From the NCBI GenBank assembly GCA_040752415.1, contig JBFMGU010000190.1, positions 1 to 20,639 of the forward strand: a stretch of DNA of 20,639 nucleotides. Reading direction: 5' to 3'. Shown here one piece after another: positions 1 through 7,011 of this stretch; position 1 is the stretch's first letter, and each line of letters opens with the position of its first letter. A model generated the notes under the pieces. The model was not told the origin of the DNA, ran no database searches, and was given only the letters and a program-made list of their open reading frames with translations. Position numbers and translations under genes: made by a program. Source of the DNA: Myxococcota bacterium (lineage in GTDB: Bacteria; Myxococcota; JACRCW01).

Positions 1-1
1 C

Positions 2-85
2 GTCACGCCGACGCCCACCCCGGCCCCGCCCGCCGAGACCGCGCCCGCGCCGGCCGAGCAGCAGCTTATCCCTTCTGATACATGA
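2..85 (+). CDS. Possible 3' end of an upstream gene (Pro/Ala-rich tail, truncated by window edge)
   Basis: Frame from base 2 reads VTPTPTPAPPAETAPAPAEQQLIPSDT* with GC3-rich codons and stops at TGA 83-85; too short to identify. Confidence 0.35.
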   Translation, partial: VTPTPTPAPPAETAPAPAEQQLIPSDT

Positions 86-100
86 TTATCCGGCGGGATA
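67..100. promoter_or_regulatory. Tandem palindromes TATC-N6-GATA, putative RtcR upstream activating sequences for rsr
   Basis: TATCCCTTCTGATA (67-80) and TATCCGGCGGGATA (87-100), 20-bp period; same motif at same distance upstream of the rtcB promoter. Confidence 0.7.
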
Positions 101-142
101 GCGCGGCCGGGTGAGCTCCCCGGCGCCTCCTCGCGGCGCGCG

Positions 143-161
143 CTGGCACGTTGGCTGCTCC
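143..161 (+). promoter_or_regulatory. sigma54 (-24/-12) promoter of rsr
   Basis: CTGGCACG-ttgg-CTGCTCC; GG(145-146)-N10-GC(157-158) matches TGGCACG-N4-TTGC. Confidence 0.85.
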
Positions 162-196
162 TGCAGACCCCGAGCAATTCACGGAGGTCCTGCACC

Positions 197-1750
197 ATGG
201 CCAACCGTCAGCTGTTTCCCTCCTTCCGCGGCAACAACCCTCCTCCCGCCGACACCATCAACGAGGCCGGCGGCGTCGCCTACGCGCTGCATCCCAAGCA
301 CGCGCTGGCGCAGTACGCGGCCACCGGCTGCCTGAACCACACCTACTACGCCTCCGGCGAGGCGCAGCTGCAGCGCGTGGTGAACCTGGCCTACGAGGTG
401 GACGCGGAGTTCGTGGCGCGCACGGCGGTGTTCTGTCGCACGCGCTCGTTCATGAAGGACATGCCGGCGCTCTTGTGCGCGGTGCTCTCCCTGAAGGACG
501 GCAATGCGCTGGAGCGCGTGTTCCACCGCGTGATGGACGACGGAAAGATGCTGCGCAACTTCGTGCAGGTCCTCCGCTCCGGTGCCGTGGGTCGCAAGAG
601 CCTGGGTAGCCGTCCCAAGCGGCTGGTGCGCCAGTGGTTGGAGCGTCGCTCCGACGAGCAGGTGTTCCGCGCCGCGGTGGGTCAGTCTCCCTCGCTGCAG
701 GACGTGATCAAGATGGTCCATCCCAAGCCCAAGGACCCCGCGCGTGAGGCGCTGTACGGCTACCTCATCGGCAAGCCCAAGGCGGGTGCGCCGCTCTCCC
801 CGCTCGTGCAGGCGTTCGAGGAGTTCAAGCGCAACCCCGGCTCCGAGCTGCCCGACGTGCCGTTCCAGCTGCTGACCAGCGCGCCGCTGGAGGACCGTCA
901 CTGGATGGAGATTGCGCGCCAGGCCTCCTGGCAGATGACGCGCATGAACCTCAACACCTTTGCACGCCACGGCGTGTTCAAGGACCGCAAGATGACCACG
1001 CTCATTGCCGACCGTCTGAGCAATCCCGACGCCATCAAGCGTGCGCGGGTGTTCCCGTACCAGCTGATGGTGGCGTACCAGAACACCGGTGACGGCGTGC
1101 CGGCGGTGGTGGTGGACGCGTTGCAGGAGGCCATGGAGATTGCCATCGAGAACGTGCCGCGCGTGGAGGGAAAGATCTACGTGCTGCCCGACGTGAGCGG
1201 CTCCATGCTCTCTCCCGCCACCGGCCACCGTCAGGGTGCCACCAGCAAGGTCCGCTGCATCGACGTGGCGGCGCTGATGGCGGCGGCCATGCTGCGCAAG
1301 AACCCGGACGCGGAGGTCATCCCGTTCGCGGAGAGCGCGCGGCACGTGCGGCTCAACCCGCGCGACAGCGTCATGACCAACGCGGCGCGGCTGGCCAAGC
1401 TGGGTGGCGGCGGAACCAACTGCAGCGCGCCGCTGCGGGAGCTGAACAGCCGCAAGGCGCACGGAGAGCTGGTGATGTTCGTGTCCGACAATGAGTCGTG
1501 GATGGACAACCGGGGCTGGGGTCAGGCCACGGCCACCATGACGGAGTGGGAGGGCTTCAAGAAGCGCAACCCGGGCGCCAAGCTGGTGTGCCTGGACATC
1601 CAGCCCTACGGCCACACGCAGGCCGCGGAGCGCCACGACGTGATGAACGTGGGTGGCTTCTCTGACCAGGTCTTCGAGGCGGTGGCGGCGTTCGCGCAGA
1701 GCGCGGATACCTGTCACTGGGTGGACATGATCGAGCAGGTGAACATCTAG
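197..1750 (+). CDS. rsr: Ro60/TROVE-domain RNA-binding protein with C-terminal vWA domain (Rsr)
   Basis: 517 aa; N-terminal NEAGG..Y, MTRMNL..F.RHGVF, RVFPYQL, MIDAS DVSGSM, GGGTNCS, SDNESW, VGGFSD; SD GGAGG at 183-187; located in an rtc locus. Confidence 0.93.
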   Translation: MANRQLFPSFRGNNPPPADTINEAGGVAYALHPKHALAQYAATGCLNHTYYASGEAQLQRVVNLAYEVDAEFVARTAVFCRTRSFMKDMPALLCAVLSLKDGNALERVFHRVMDDGKMLRNFVQVLRSGAVGRKSLGSRPKRLVRQWLERRSDEQVFRAAVGQSPSLQDVIKMVHPKPKDPAREALYGYLIGKPKAGAPLSPLVQAFEEFKRNPGSELPDVPFQLLTSAPLEDRHWMEIARQASWQMTRMNLNTFARHGVFKDRKMTTLIADRLSNPDAIKRARVFPYQLMVAYQNTGDGVPAVVVDALQEAMEIAIENVPRVEGKIYVLPDVSGSMLSPATGHRQGATSKVRCIDVAALMAAAMLRKNPDAEVIPFAESARHVRLNPRDSVMTNAARLAKLGGGGTNCSAPLRELNSRKAHGELVMFVSDNESWMDNRGWGQATATMTEWEGFKKRNPGAKLVCLDIQPYGHTQAAERHDVMNVGGFSDQVFEAVAAFAQSADTCHWVDMIEQVNI

Positions 1751-1755
1751 GCCAA

Positions 1756-1841
1756 GGAGCTGGACGGCGCCGGATGCTGATCGGGAGTACATCCTGGAAA
1801 ATGCCCTCTCGACGAAGTCCTTGCCGGCGCCTTCCAGCTCC
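1756..1841 (+). ncRNA. Putative Ro60-associated (Y-RNA-like) structured RNA, unit 1
   Basis: Outer stem GGAGCTGGA-c-GGCGCCGG / CCGGCGCC-t-TCCAGCTCC; loop ATGCTGA; inner stem TCGGGAG/CTCTCGA; TACAT 1788-1792; CCTTG 1819-1823. Confidence 0.7.
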
Positions 1842-1906
1842 CGGGTCGCATGCTGAACGGGAGTACATTTCCAATGTGTCCCTCTCGTCGACACCTTGGC
1901 GACCCG
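1842..1906 (+). ncRNA. Putative Ro60-associated (Y-RNA-like) structured RNA, unit 2
   Basis: Outer stem CGGGTCGC/GCGACCCG; ATGCTGA; inner stem ACGGGAG/CTCTCGT (compensatory T-A to A-T versus unit 1); TACAT 1864-1868; CCTTG 1894-1898. Confidence 0.7.
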
Positions 1907-1922
1907 CACTTTCTTCAACGGT

Positions 1923-2022
1923 GTTGCAGGGGCGGCAGATGCCGCGGGAACTACATGGGATCCGGAAGTGCTCGCGAGAGCGCCGGAGTTGTTTCCGCCC
2001 CCCTTGTTGCCGCCCCTGCAGC
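1923..2022 (+). ncRNA. Putative Ro60-associated (Y-RNA-like) structured RNA, unit 3
   Basis: 16-bp outer stem GTTGCAGGGGCGGCAG/TTGCCGCCCCTGCAGC; ATGCC; inner stem GCGGGAAC/GTTTCCGC; TACAT 1952-1956; apical hairpin GTGCTC-GCGA-GAGCGC (GNRA loop); CCTTG 2002-2006. Confidence 0.7.
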
Positions 2023-2035
2023 TTCCTCTTCGTCT

Positions 2036-2098
2036 GGCAGATGCCCGCGGAATCCTCCGCCGCCCCCGGCCATGAGACCTCCGCACCCGTTTGCTGCC
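2036..2098 (+). ncRNA. Degenerate fourth unit of the structured RNA array
   Basis: GGCAG/CTGCC stem, ATGCCC, GCGGA/TCCGC stem, 3' GTTTG instead of CCTTG; TACAT absent. Confidence 0.4.
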
Positions 2099-2109
2099 GC
2101 AGCCCGTGC

Positions 2110-2832
2110 TCAGACACGCACCAACGGGAAGATCTCCACGTCCACCCCTTCCGCGTAGTGCGCGTACTCCGGCATCCCGGTGACGACGGGAAGGCCGGCC
2201 GCGCGCATCAGACCGTCACGCACCTCCACCACGGTGGCCCTCTGCGCGGGGTACGGCGCGTGGTGCACCTGCCCGCGGAACAGCGCACCGCTTCGCTCCA
2301 CGTAGAGCAGATAGCGTTCGAGCAGGAAGTGCTCCAGCGTGCCCACCGGGGAGGCACCGAGGTGCTCACCCGGGACATACGTGACGCGATGCACAGCGTC
2401 GAGTGTTCCACGTCGGACGGTCTCGTAGCGGATGGAGCCATCCGGCCGCACCTCCAGCGTCATGTTCGCGTGGAAATAGGGCAGCCCGAAGCCCCGGCGC
2501 GCCGCCTGGACCGCGAGCCACGACGACGCCTCCAGCGAAAAGAAAAACACGCCGGGATTCCCGCCGCGATGATGCACGTAGGTGCGGACGTTGGTCTCCA
2601 GGAAGTCCATCGCGGCGACGCGCGGAAGCCACCAGGGACGGATGTTGCGCATGGCAAAGGGCACCACTCCCACCAGCGCGCGCCCTTCCCACAGGTCCAG
2701 CTCGACGCTGCGGGGAACCAGCGGACGGATGACGTCGGGCGGGAAGGACCAATGCAGGAAGAGCAGCTTGCGCCAGCTCTGCGTTCCCACCACGCGCGCG
2801 CGGGGTCTGATGGTGGGCGAGACGCGGTCCAT
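2110..2832 (-). CDS. YqjF/DUF2071 family protein
   Basis: 240 aa; Q.W..LLFLHW, FLETNVRTYV, PGVFFFSLEA, FGLPYFHA, LEHFLLERY, VHHAPY motifs; starts 3 bp after rtcR stop. Confidence 0.85.
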   Translation of the reverse strand: MDRVSPTIRPRARVVGTQSWRKLLFLHWSFPPDVIRPLVPRSVELDLWEGRALVGVVPFAMRNIRPWWLPRVAAMDFLETNVRTYVHHRGGNPGVFFFSLEASSWLAVQAARRGFGLPYFHANMTLEVRPDGSIRYETVRRGTLDAVHRVTYVPGEHLGASPVGTLEHFLLERYLLYVERSGALFRGQVHHAPYPAQRATVVEVRDGLMRAAGLPVVTGMPEYAHYAEGVDVEIFPLVRV

Positions 2833-2835
2833 GGC

Positions 2836-4443
2836 TCACGCGCCCCTGCCGGTGACCTCGCGCCAGTCCAGGTCAAAGCGCGCCAGGTACTTCCGCAGGC
2901 GGTCCGCGTCATTGGTGGACTTCTTGAGCCCGCGGGAGTGCGCGAACAGCACCCGCCCCGCTTCAGACAGGTTGCGCGCCTCCGCGCACACGCTCAGCAC
3001 TTCCGCCAGCTGCGCGCGGTCAAACCGGTCCAGCTGCGCCGCACGACCCGGTCCCAGCACACGGGTGACCTCGTCGGCGCCGTCATTCGTGGCGGGAGCA
3101 CGACGCCACAGCTGCTTGAGGCGGTCCATCTCCTCCTCCACCACGTCGACGTTGATGCGACCGCCCGGCGCCAGCGTGGCCATGCGCGTCACCGCGGAGC
3201 TGAAGTCGCGGAAGTTGCCGGCCCACGCCGCGGACTTGCTGGTGGCGAACTTCAGGAACTTCTCCCGCGCCTCACGACTGAAGGTGATGTGCGTCCCCAT
3301 GCGTCGCCCCACCTCCGCCAGCTCGAACTCCAGGTTCGGCTCGACGTCCTCCGGGCGCTCGCGCAGCCCGGGGAGCTGGAAGGTCCAGAGGTTGATGCGC
3401 GAGAGCAGGTCCTCGCGGAAGCGCCCCTCGGACACGGCCGTCTGCAGGTCGCGGTTGGTGCCGGCAATCAGCTGGAACTCCACGTGCGTCTCACGGTCGG
3501 AGCCCATGGGCAGGAACACCTTCTCCTCGATGGCGCGCAGCAGCATGGCCTGCTCGTCCGCGCCCAGCTCGCCAATCTCGTCGAGGAAGAGCACCCCGCC
3601 GTGCGCCTTCTTGAGCAGACCGGGCCGGTCCCCCACCGCGCCGGTGAAGGCACCGCGCACGTGGCCAAACAGCGTGCTCATGGCTCCGTCGCCGCGCAGC
3701 GTGGCGCAGTTGACGTCGACGAATTCACCCTTCACCTGTCGGCGCGCCTTCTTCAGGTCGTGGATGCGTCGCGCCAGGTGGCTCTTGCCGGCGCCCGTGG
3801 GACCCATGAGCAGGATGGGCGCGGGAGAGCTGATGGCCACACGCTCAATGCGTTCGATGAGCCGGTTGAACGCCGCATTGCGCGTCTCGATGCCACCCTT
3901 GAGAAAGCTCAGCCCCTCCTTCTGCTCCTGCCGGAAGCGACTGGCGAGGCGGTCATACTTCGAGAGGTCCAGGTCGATGATGCTGTAGGTGCCCACGCCG
4001 TTGGGCTGTTCCTTCGTCGGGGGAGAGGTCTGGATGAGTCGCGCGGGGAAGTAGCGCGCCTCCGTCAGGAGGAACATGCAGATCTGCGCAATGTGCGTCC
4101 CCGTGGTGATGTGGATGAGATAGTCCTCCTTCTCCGGCTGGAAGTTGTAGCCGCGCGCAAAGTCGTGGAGCGCCGCGTAGACCACCTCCAGGTCCCACGG
4201 GTTCTCCATCTCCAGGTGCGAGGAGCGGACCGCCGTCTCCGGAGAGACCTGGCGGATGTCCGACGTCACCGTGTCCGCGAGCGCGGTGAAGCGCGGCTGG
4301 AAGAGCAGCTCCAGGCGGTGGACCAGCAGGTCCTCGTGCTGACAGAGCGCCACGGTGGGACGCCACCGCTCCCAACGGGCAGGCCCCTTCCCCGCGTCCA
4401 GGGTGGGCCCCAACAGGCTGATGACGACGGTCTTGCGCGACAT
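2836..4443 (-). CDS. rtcR: RNA repair transcriptional activator RtcR (CARF domain + sigma54 AAA+ domain + HTH)
   Basis: 535 aa; RWERWRPTVALC and HITTGTH N-terminal motifs, Walker A GPTGAGKS, GAFTGA, Walker B LFLDEIGE, FREDL, WAGNFRD, C-terminal NDADRLRKYL; divergent from rtcB. Confidence 0.96.
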   Translation of the reverse strand: MSRKTVVISLLGPTLDAGKGPARWERWRPTVALCQHEDLLVHRLELLFQPRFTALADTVTSDIRQVSPETAVRSSHLEMENPWDLEVVYAALHDFARGYNFQPEKEDYLIHITTGTHIAQICMFLLTEARYFPARLIQTSPPTKEQPNGVGTYSIIDLDLSKYDRLASRFRQEQKEGLSFLKGGIETRNAAFNRLIERIERVAISSPAPILLMGPTGAGKSHLARRIHDLKKARRQVKGEFVDVNCATLRGDGAMSTLFGHVRGAFTGAVGDRPGLLKKAHGGVLFLDEIGELGADEQAMLLRAIEEKVFLPMGSDRETHVEFQLIAGTNRDLQTAVSEGRFREDLLSRINLWTFQLPGLRERPEDVEPNLEFELAEVGRRMGTHITFSREAREKFLKFATSKSAAWAGNFRDFSSAVTRMATLAPGGRINVDVVEEEMDRLKQLWRRAPATNDGADEVTRVLGPGRAAQLDRFDRAQLAEVLSVCAEARNLSEAGRVLFAHSRGLKKSTNDADRLRKYLARFDLDWREVTGRGA

Positions 4444-4476
4444 AGATGACCGTCTAGCATGTTATCCCACGGGATA
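4443..4476. promoter_or_regulatory. Putative RtcR binding sites upstream of rtcB
   Basis: Perfect palindrome TATCCC-AC-GGGATA (4463-4476) plus variant palindrome TAGA-N6-TCTA (4443-4456) 20 bp upstream, touching the rtcR start codon. Confidence 0.7.
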
Positions 4477-4518
4477 CACCGGGCTCCGCCCTCCGCTCTC
4501 CGCCGAGGGCGACGCGCC

Positions 4519-4537
4519 CTGGCACGGCCCCTGCTCC
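4519..4537 (+). promoter_or_regulatory. sigma54 (-24/-12) promoter of rtcBA
   Basis: CTGGCACG-gccc-CTGCTCC; GG(4521-4522)-N10-GC(4533-4534). Confidence 0.88.
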
Positions 4538-4574
4538 GCTGCGGGATGTCCACCCGTGACATGAGGAGCAAACC

Positions 4575-5804
4575 ATGGAAACCCGCACCCACGAGATCAT
4601 CCACGTTGAAGGCGGAGCGCCCATCAAGGCCTGGACCCGCGGCGTCCCCGTGGAGGCGGAGGCCACCGAGCAGCTCAAGCGCATTGCCCGCATGCCGTTC
4701 ATCCACAAGTGGGTGGCGGTGATGCCGGACGTGCACGTGGGCAAGGGCGCCACGGTGGGAAGCGTGGTGGCCACCACGGGCGCGGTCATCCCGGCGGCGG
4801 TGGGCGTCGACATCGGCTGCGGAATGATGGCGGTGCGCACCTCGCTCACGGCGAGCAACCTGCCCGACAACCTGGCGGCGTTGCGCGCGGCGATCGAGAA
4901 GGCGGTGCCGCACGGTCGCACCGACAACGGTGGTCGCAATGACCGCGGCGCGTGGAAGCGTCCGCCCCAGGCGCACCAGGACGCGTGGCTGCGTTTGAAG
5001 GCGCGCTACGACGTCATCGTCGGAAAGCACCCGCGCATTGGCCGCGGTCCGGACCTCGAGCACCTGGGAACGCTGGGAACCGGCAACCACTTCATCGAGC
5101 TCTGCCTCGACGAGTCGCAGGGTGTCTGGTTGATGCTGCACAGCGGTTCGCGCGGGGTGGGTAACCGCGTGGGCTCGTTCTTCATTGAGCTGGCCAAGCA
5201 GGACATGCGCCGCTGGTTCATCAACCTGCCGGACGCGGATCTCGCGTATCTCCCCGAGGGAACCGAGCACTTCGCGGACTACGTGGAGGCGTTGGAGTGG
5301 GCGCAGGACTACGCGGCCCAGAACCGTGAGCTCATGATGCACAGCGTGGTTGCGGCGCTGCAGGCTTCTTCGCAGCTGCCCGCGTTCACTGCCGACCTCA
5401 CCGTGGTGAACTGCCACCACAACTACATGGCGCGCGAGTCCCACCACGGGAAGAACGTGCTCGTGACCCGCAAGGGCGCGGTGCGCGCTCGCGAGGGCGA
5501 CCTGGGTATCATCCCCGGCTCCATGGGCGCGAAGTCCTTCATTGTGCGTGGGCGTGGAAATGAGGAGAGCTTCCACTCCTGCAGCCACGGCGCGGGTCGG
5601 AAGATGAGCCGCACCGCGGCCCGCAAGGCGTTCACGCTGGAGGACCACGCGCAGGCCACCGCGGGAATCGAGTGTCGCAAGGACGCCGACGTGATCGACG
5701 AGACGCCCGCGGCGTACAAGTCGATTGAGGATGTGATGGAAGCGCAGGCGGACCTGGTGGAGATTGTGCATACGCTCAAGCAGGTCCTGTGCGTGAAGGG
5801 ATGA
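4575..5804 (+). CDS. rtcB: RNA 2',3'-cyclic phosphate/3'-phosphate-5'-OH ligase RtcB
   Basis: 409 aa; MPDVH.GKG, VGVDIGCG, LGTLGTGNHF, HSGSRG, HHNY, RKGA, PGSMG, SCSHGAGR, DETPAAYK; SD GAGGAG. Confidence 0.97.
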   Translation: METRTHEIIHVEGGAPIKAWTRGVPVEAEATEQLKRIARMPFIHKWVAVMPDVHVGKGATVGSVVATTGAVIPAAVGVDIGCGMMAVRTSLTASNLPDNLAALRAAIEKAVPHGRTDNGGRNDRGAWKRPPQAHQDAWLRLKARYDVIVGKHPRIGRGPDLEHLGTLGTGNHFIELCLDESQGVWLMLHSGSRGVGNRVGSFFIELAKQDMRRWFINLPDADLAYLPEGTEHFADYVEALEWAQDYAAQNRELMMHSVVAALQASSQLPAFTADLTVVNCHHNYMARESHHGKNVLVTRKGAVRAREGDLGIIPGSMGAKSFIVRGRGNEESFHSCSHGAGRKMSRTAARKAFTLEDHAQATAGIECRKDADVIDETPAAYKSIEDVMEAQADLVEIVHTLKQVLCVKG

Positions 5805-5807
5805 GTC

Positions 5808-6839
5808 ATGATCTCCATCGACGGCTCGGAAGGTGAAGGTGGTGGACAGGTGCTGCGCACGGCGCTGGCGCTCTCGCTGGTCACCGGGAAGGCGTTCCAG
5901 GTGGTCAATGTGCGCGCCCGTCGTGCGCGGCCCGGTCTCATGCGCCAGCACCTCACCGCCGTGCAGGCGGCCGCGGAGGTGGGCCACGCGCGCGTCGTTG
6001 GCGACACCGTGGGTTCGCGCGAGCTCAGCTTCGAGCCGGGCCCGGTGACGTCGGGGGAGTGGACGTTCTCCGTGGGAACCGCGGGCAGCGCCACGCTGGT
6101 CCTGCAGACGATCCTGCCCGCGCTCCTCACCGCCGACGGTCCATCCAAGCTCCTCATGGAAGGCGGCACGCACAACCCGCTGGCTCCGCCGTTTGAGTTC
6201 CTCACCGACGCGTTCCTGCCGCTCGTGGGACGGATGGGGCCGTGCGTGGAGGCCACGTTGCAGACGCGCGGGTTCTATCCCGCCGGTGGCGGCCGGTTCT
6301 CCGTCGTGGTGCAGCCGGTGCGCGCGCTGCAACCGTTCTTCCTGCGCGGACGCGGGAACCTGGTGAAGCGGGGAATCACCGTGCTGGTCTCCCAGCTCCC
6401 TCGTCACGTGGCCGAGCGGGAGACCCAGCTCCTGCGCGAGCTCCTGGGCTGGGAGGAGCACGAGCTCCGCATCGAGTCGGTGCGCAACTCGCCGGGCCCG
6501 GGCAACGTGCTGCTCGCGCGCCTGGAGTACGAGAACGTCACCGAGGTGGTGTGCGCGTTTGGTGAGAAGGGCGTGCGCGCGGAGGTCGTGGCGGAGAAGT
6601 TGGCGAGCGACGTTCGCGCCTACGTCGACGCGGGCGCCCCCGTGGGTGAGCACCTGGCCGACCAGCTCATGCTGCCGTTGGCCCTGGCGGGCGGCGGTGG
6701 CTTCCGCACGCGCACGCTCACCATGCATGCCAAGACGCAGGCGGAGCTCATTCCGCGTTTCCTCGACGTGCGCGTCAAGACCACGCCCGTGGAGGGTGGC
6801 CTGGTGGATGTGGAAGTGGTGCGCTGCGAAGTGCGCTAA
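5808..6839 (+). CDS. rtcA: RNA 3'-terminal phosphate cyclase RtcA
   Basis: 343 aa; DGSEGEGGGQVLR, R.RPGL..QH, GGTHNPLAPP, RGFYPAGGG, EHLADQL (adenylated His). Confidence 0.96.
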   Translation: MISIDGSEGEGGGQVLRTALALSLVTGKAFQVVNVRARRARPGLMRQHLTAVQAAAEVGHARVVGDTVGSRELSFEPGPVTSGEWTFSVGTAGSATLVLQTILPALLTADGPSKLLMEGGTHNPLAPPFEFLTDAFLPLVGRMGPCVEATLQTRGFYPAGGGRFSVVVQPVRALQPFFLRGRGNLVKRGITVLVSQLPRHVAERETQLLRELLGWEEHELRIESVRNSPGPGNVLLARLEYENVTEVVCAFGEKGVRAEVVAEKLASDVRAYVDAGAPVGEHLADQLMLPLALAGGGGFRTRTLTMHAKTQAELIPRFLDVRVKTTPVEGGLVDVEVVRCEVR

Positions 6840-6875
6840 ATGCGCCGAAGGGTTTCGGTTGTCGCCGTGAAAGCG

Positions 6876-7001
6876 TTCCGTGCCCCTGCCCCTGCCCGTG
6901 CGCGTGCCCGGTTTGGGAGTCCGTCGTCCAAGGGGGGGAGCCCGCCGACAAACCCCTGCGCCGCGTGTTCCGACAAGCCGGGCACGGGCACGGGCACGGA
7001 A
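6876..7001. repeat. Imperfect inverted repeat built from GTGCCC/GGGCAC hexamers between convergent genes
   Basis: Left arm 6876-6915 TTCC(GTGCCC-like)x5 GGTTTG; right arm 6974-7001 CAAGCC(GGGCAC)x3 GGAA. Confidence 0.7.
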
Positions 7002-7011
7002 TGGTCGCTGG

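Noticed and set aside
1756..2022. Simple intrinsic terminators after rsr
   Set aside because: Hairpins have large conserved internal loops and no clean U-tract; terminators would not conserve ATGC/TACAT/CCTTG across different stems
1756..2098. CRISPR array interpretation of the repeated ATGCTGA.CGGGAGTACAT motif
   Set aside because: Repeats are not identical or evenly spaced, the intervening sequence base-pairs with the repeats, and no cas genes are in the window
1756..2098. tRNA or YrlA-type tRNA mimic
   Set aside because: No cloverleaf, no GTTCRA T-loop and no D-arm signature found by eye
1850..2158. 102-aa ORF across the intergenic array
   Set aside because: No SD, atypical composition, overlaps the yqjF-like gene; the region is better explained as structured RNA
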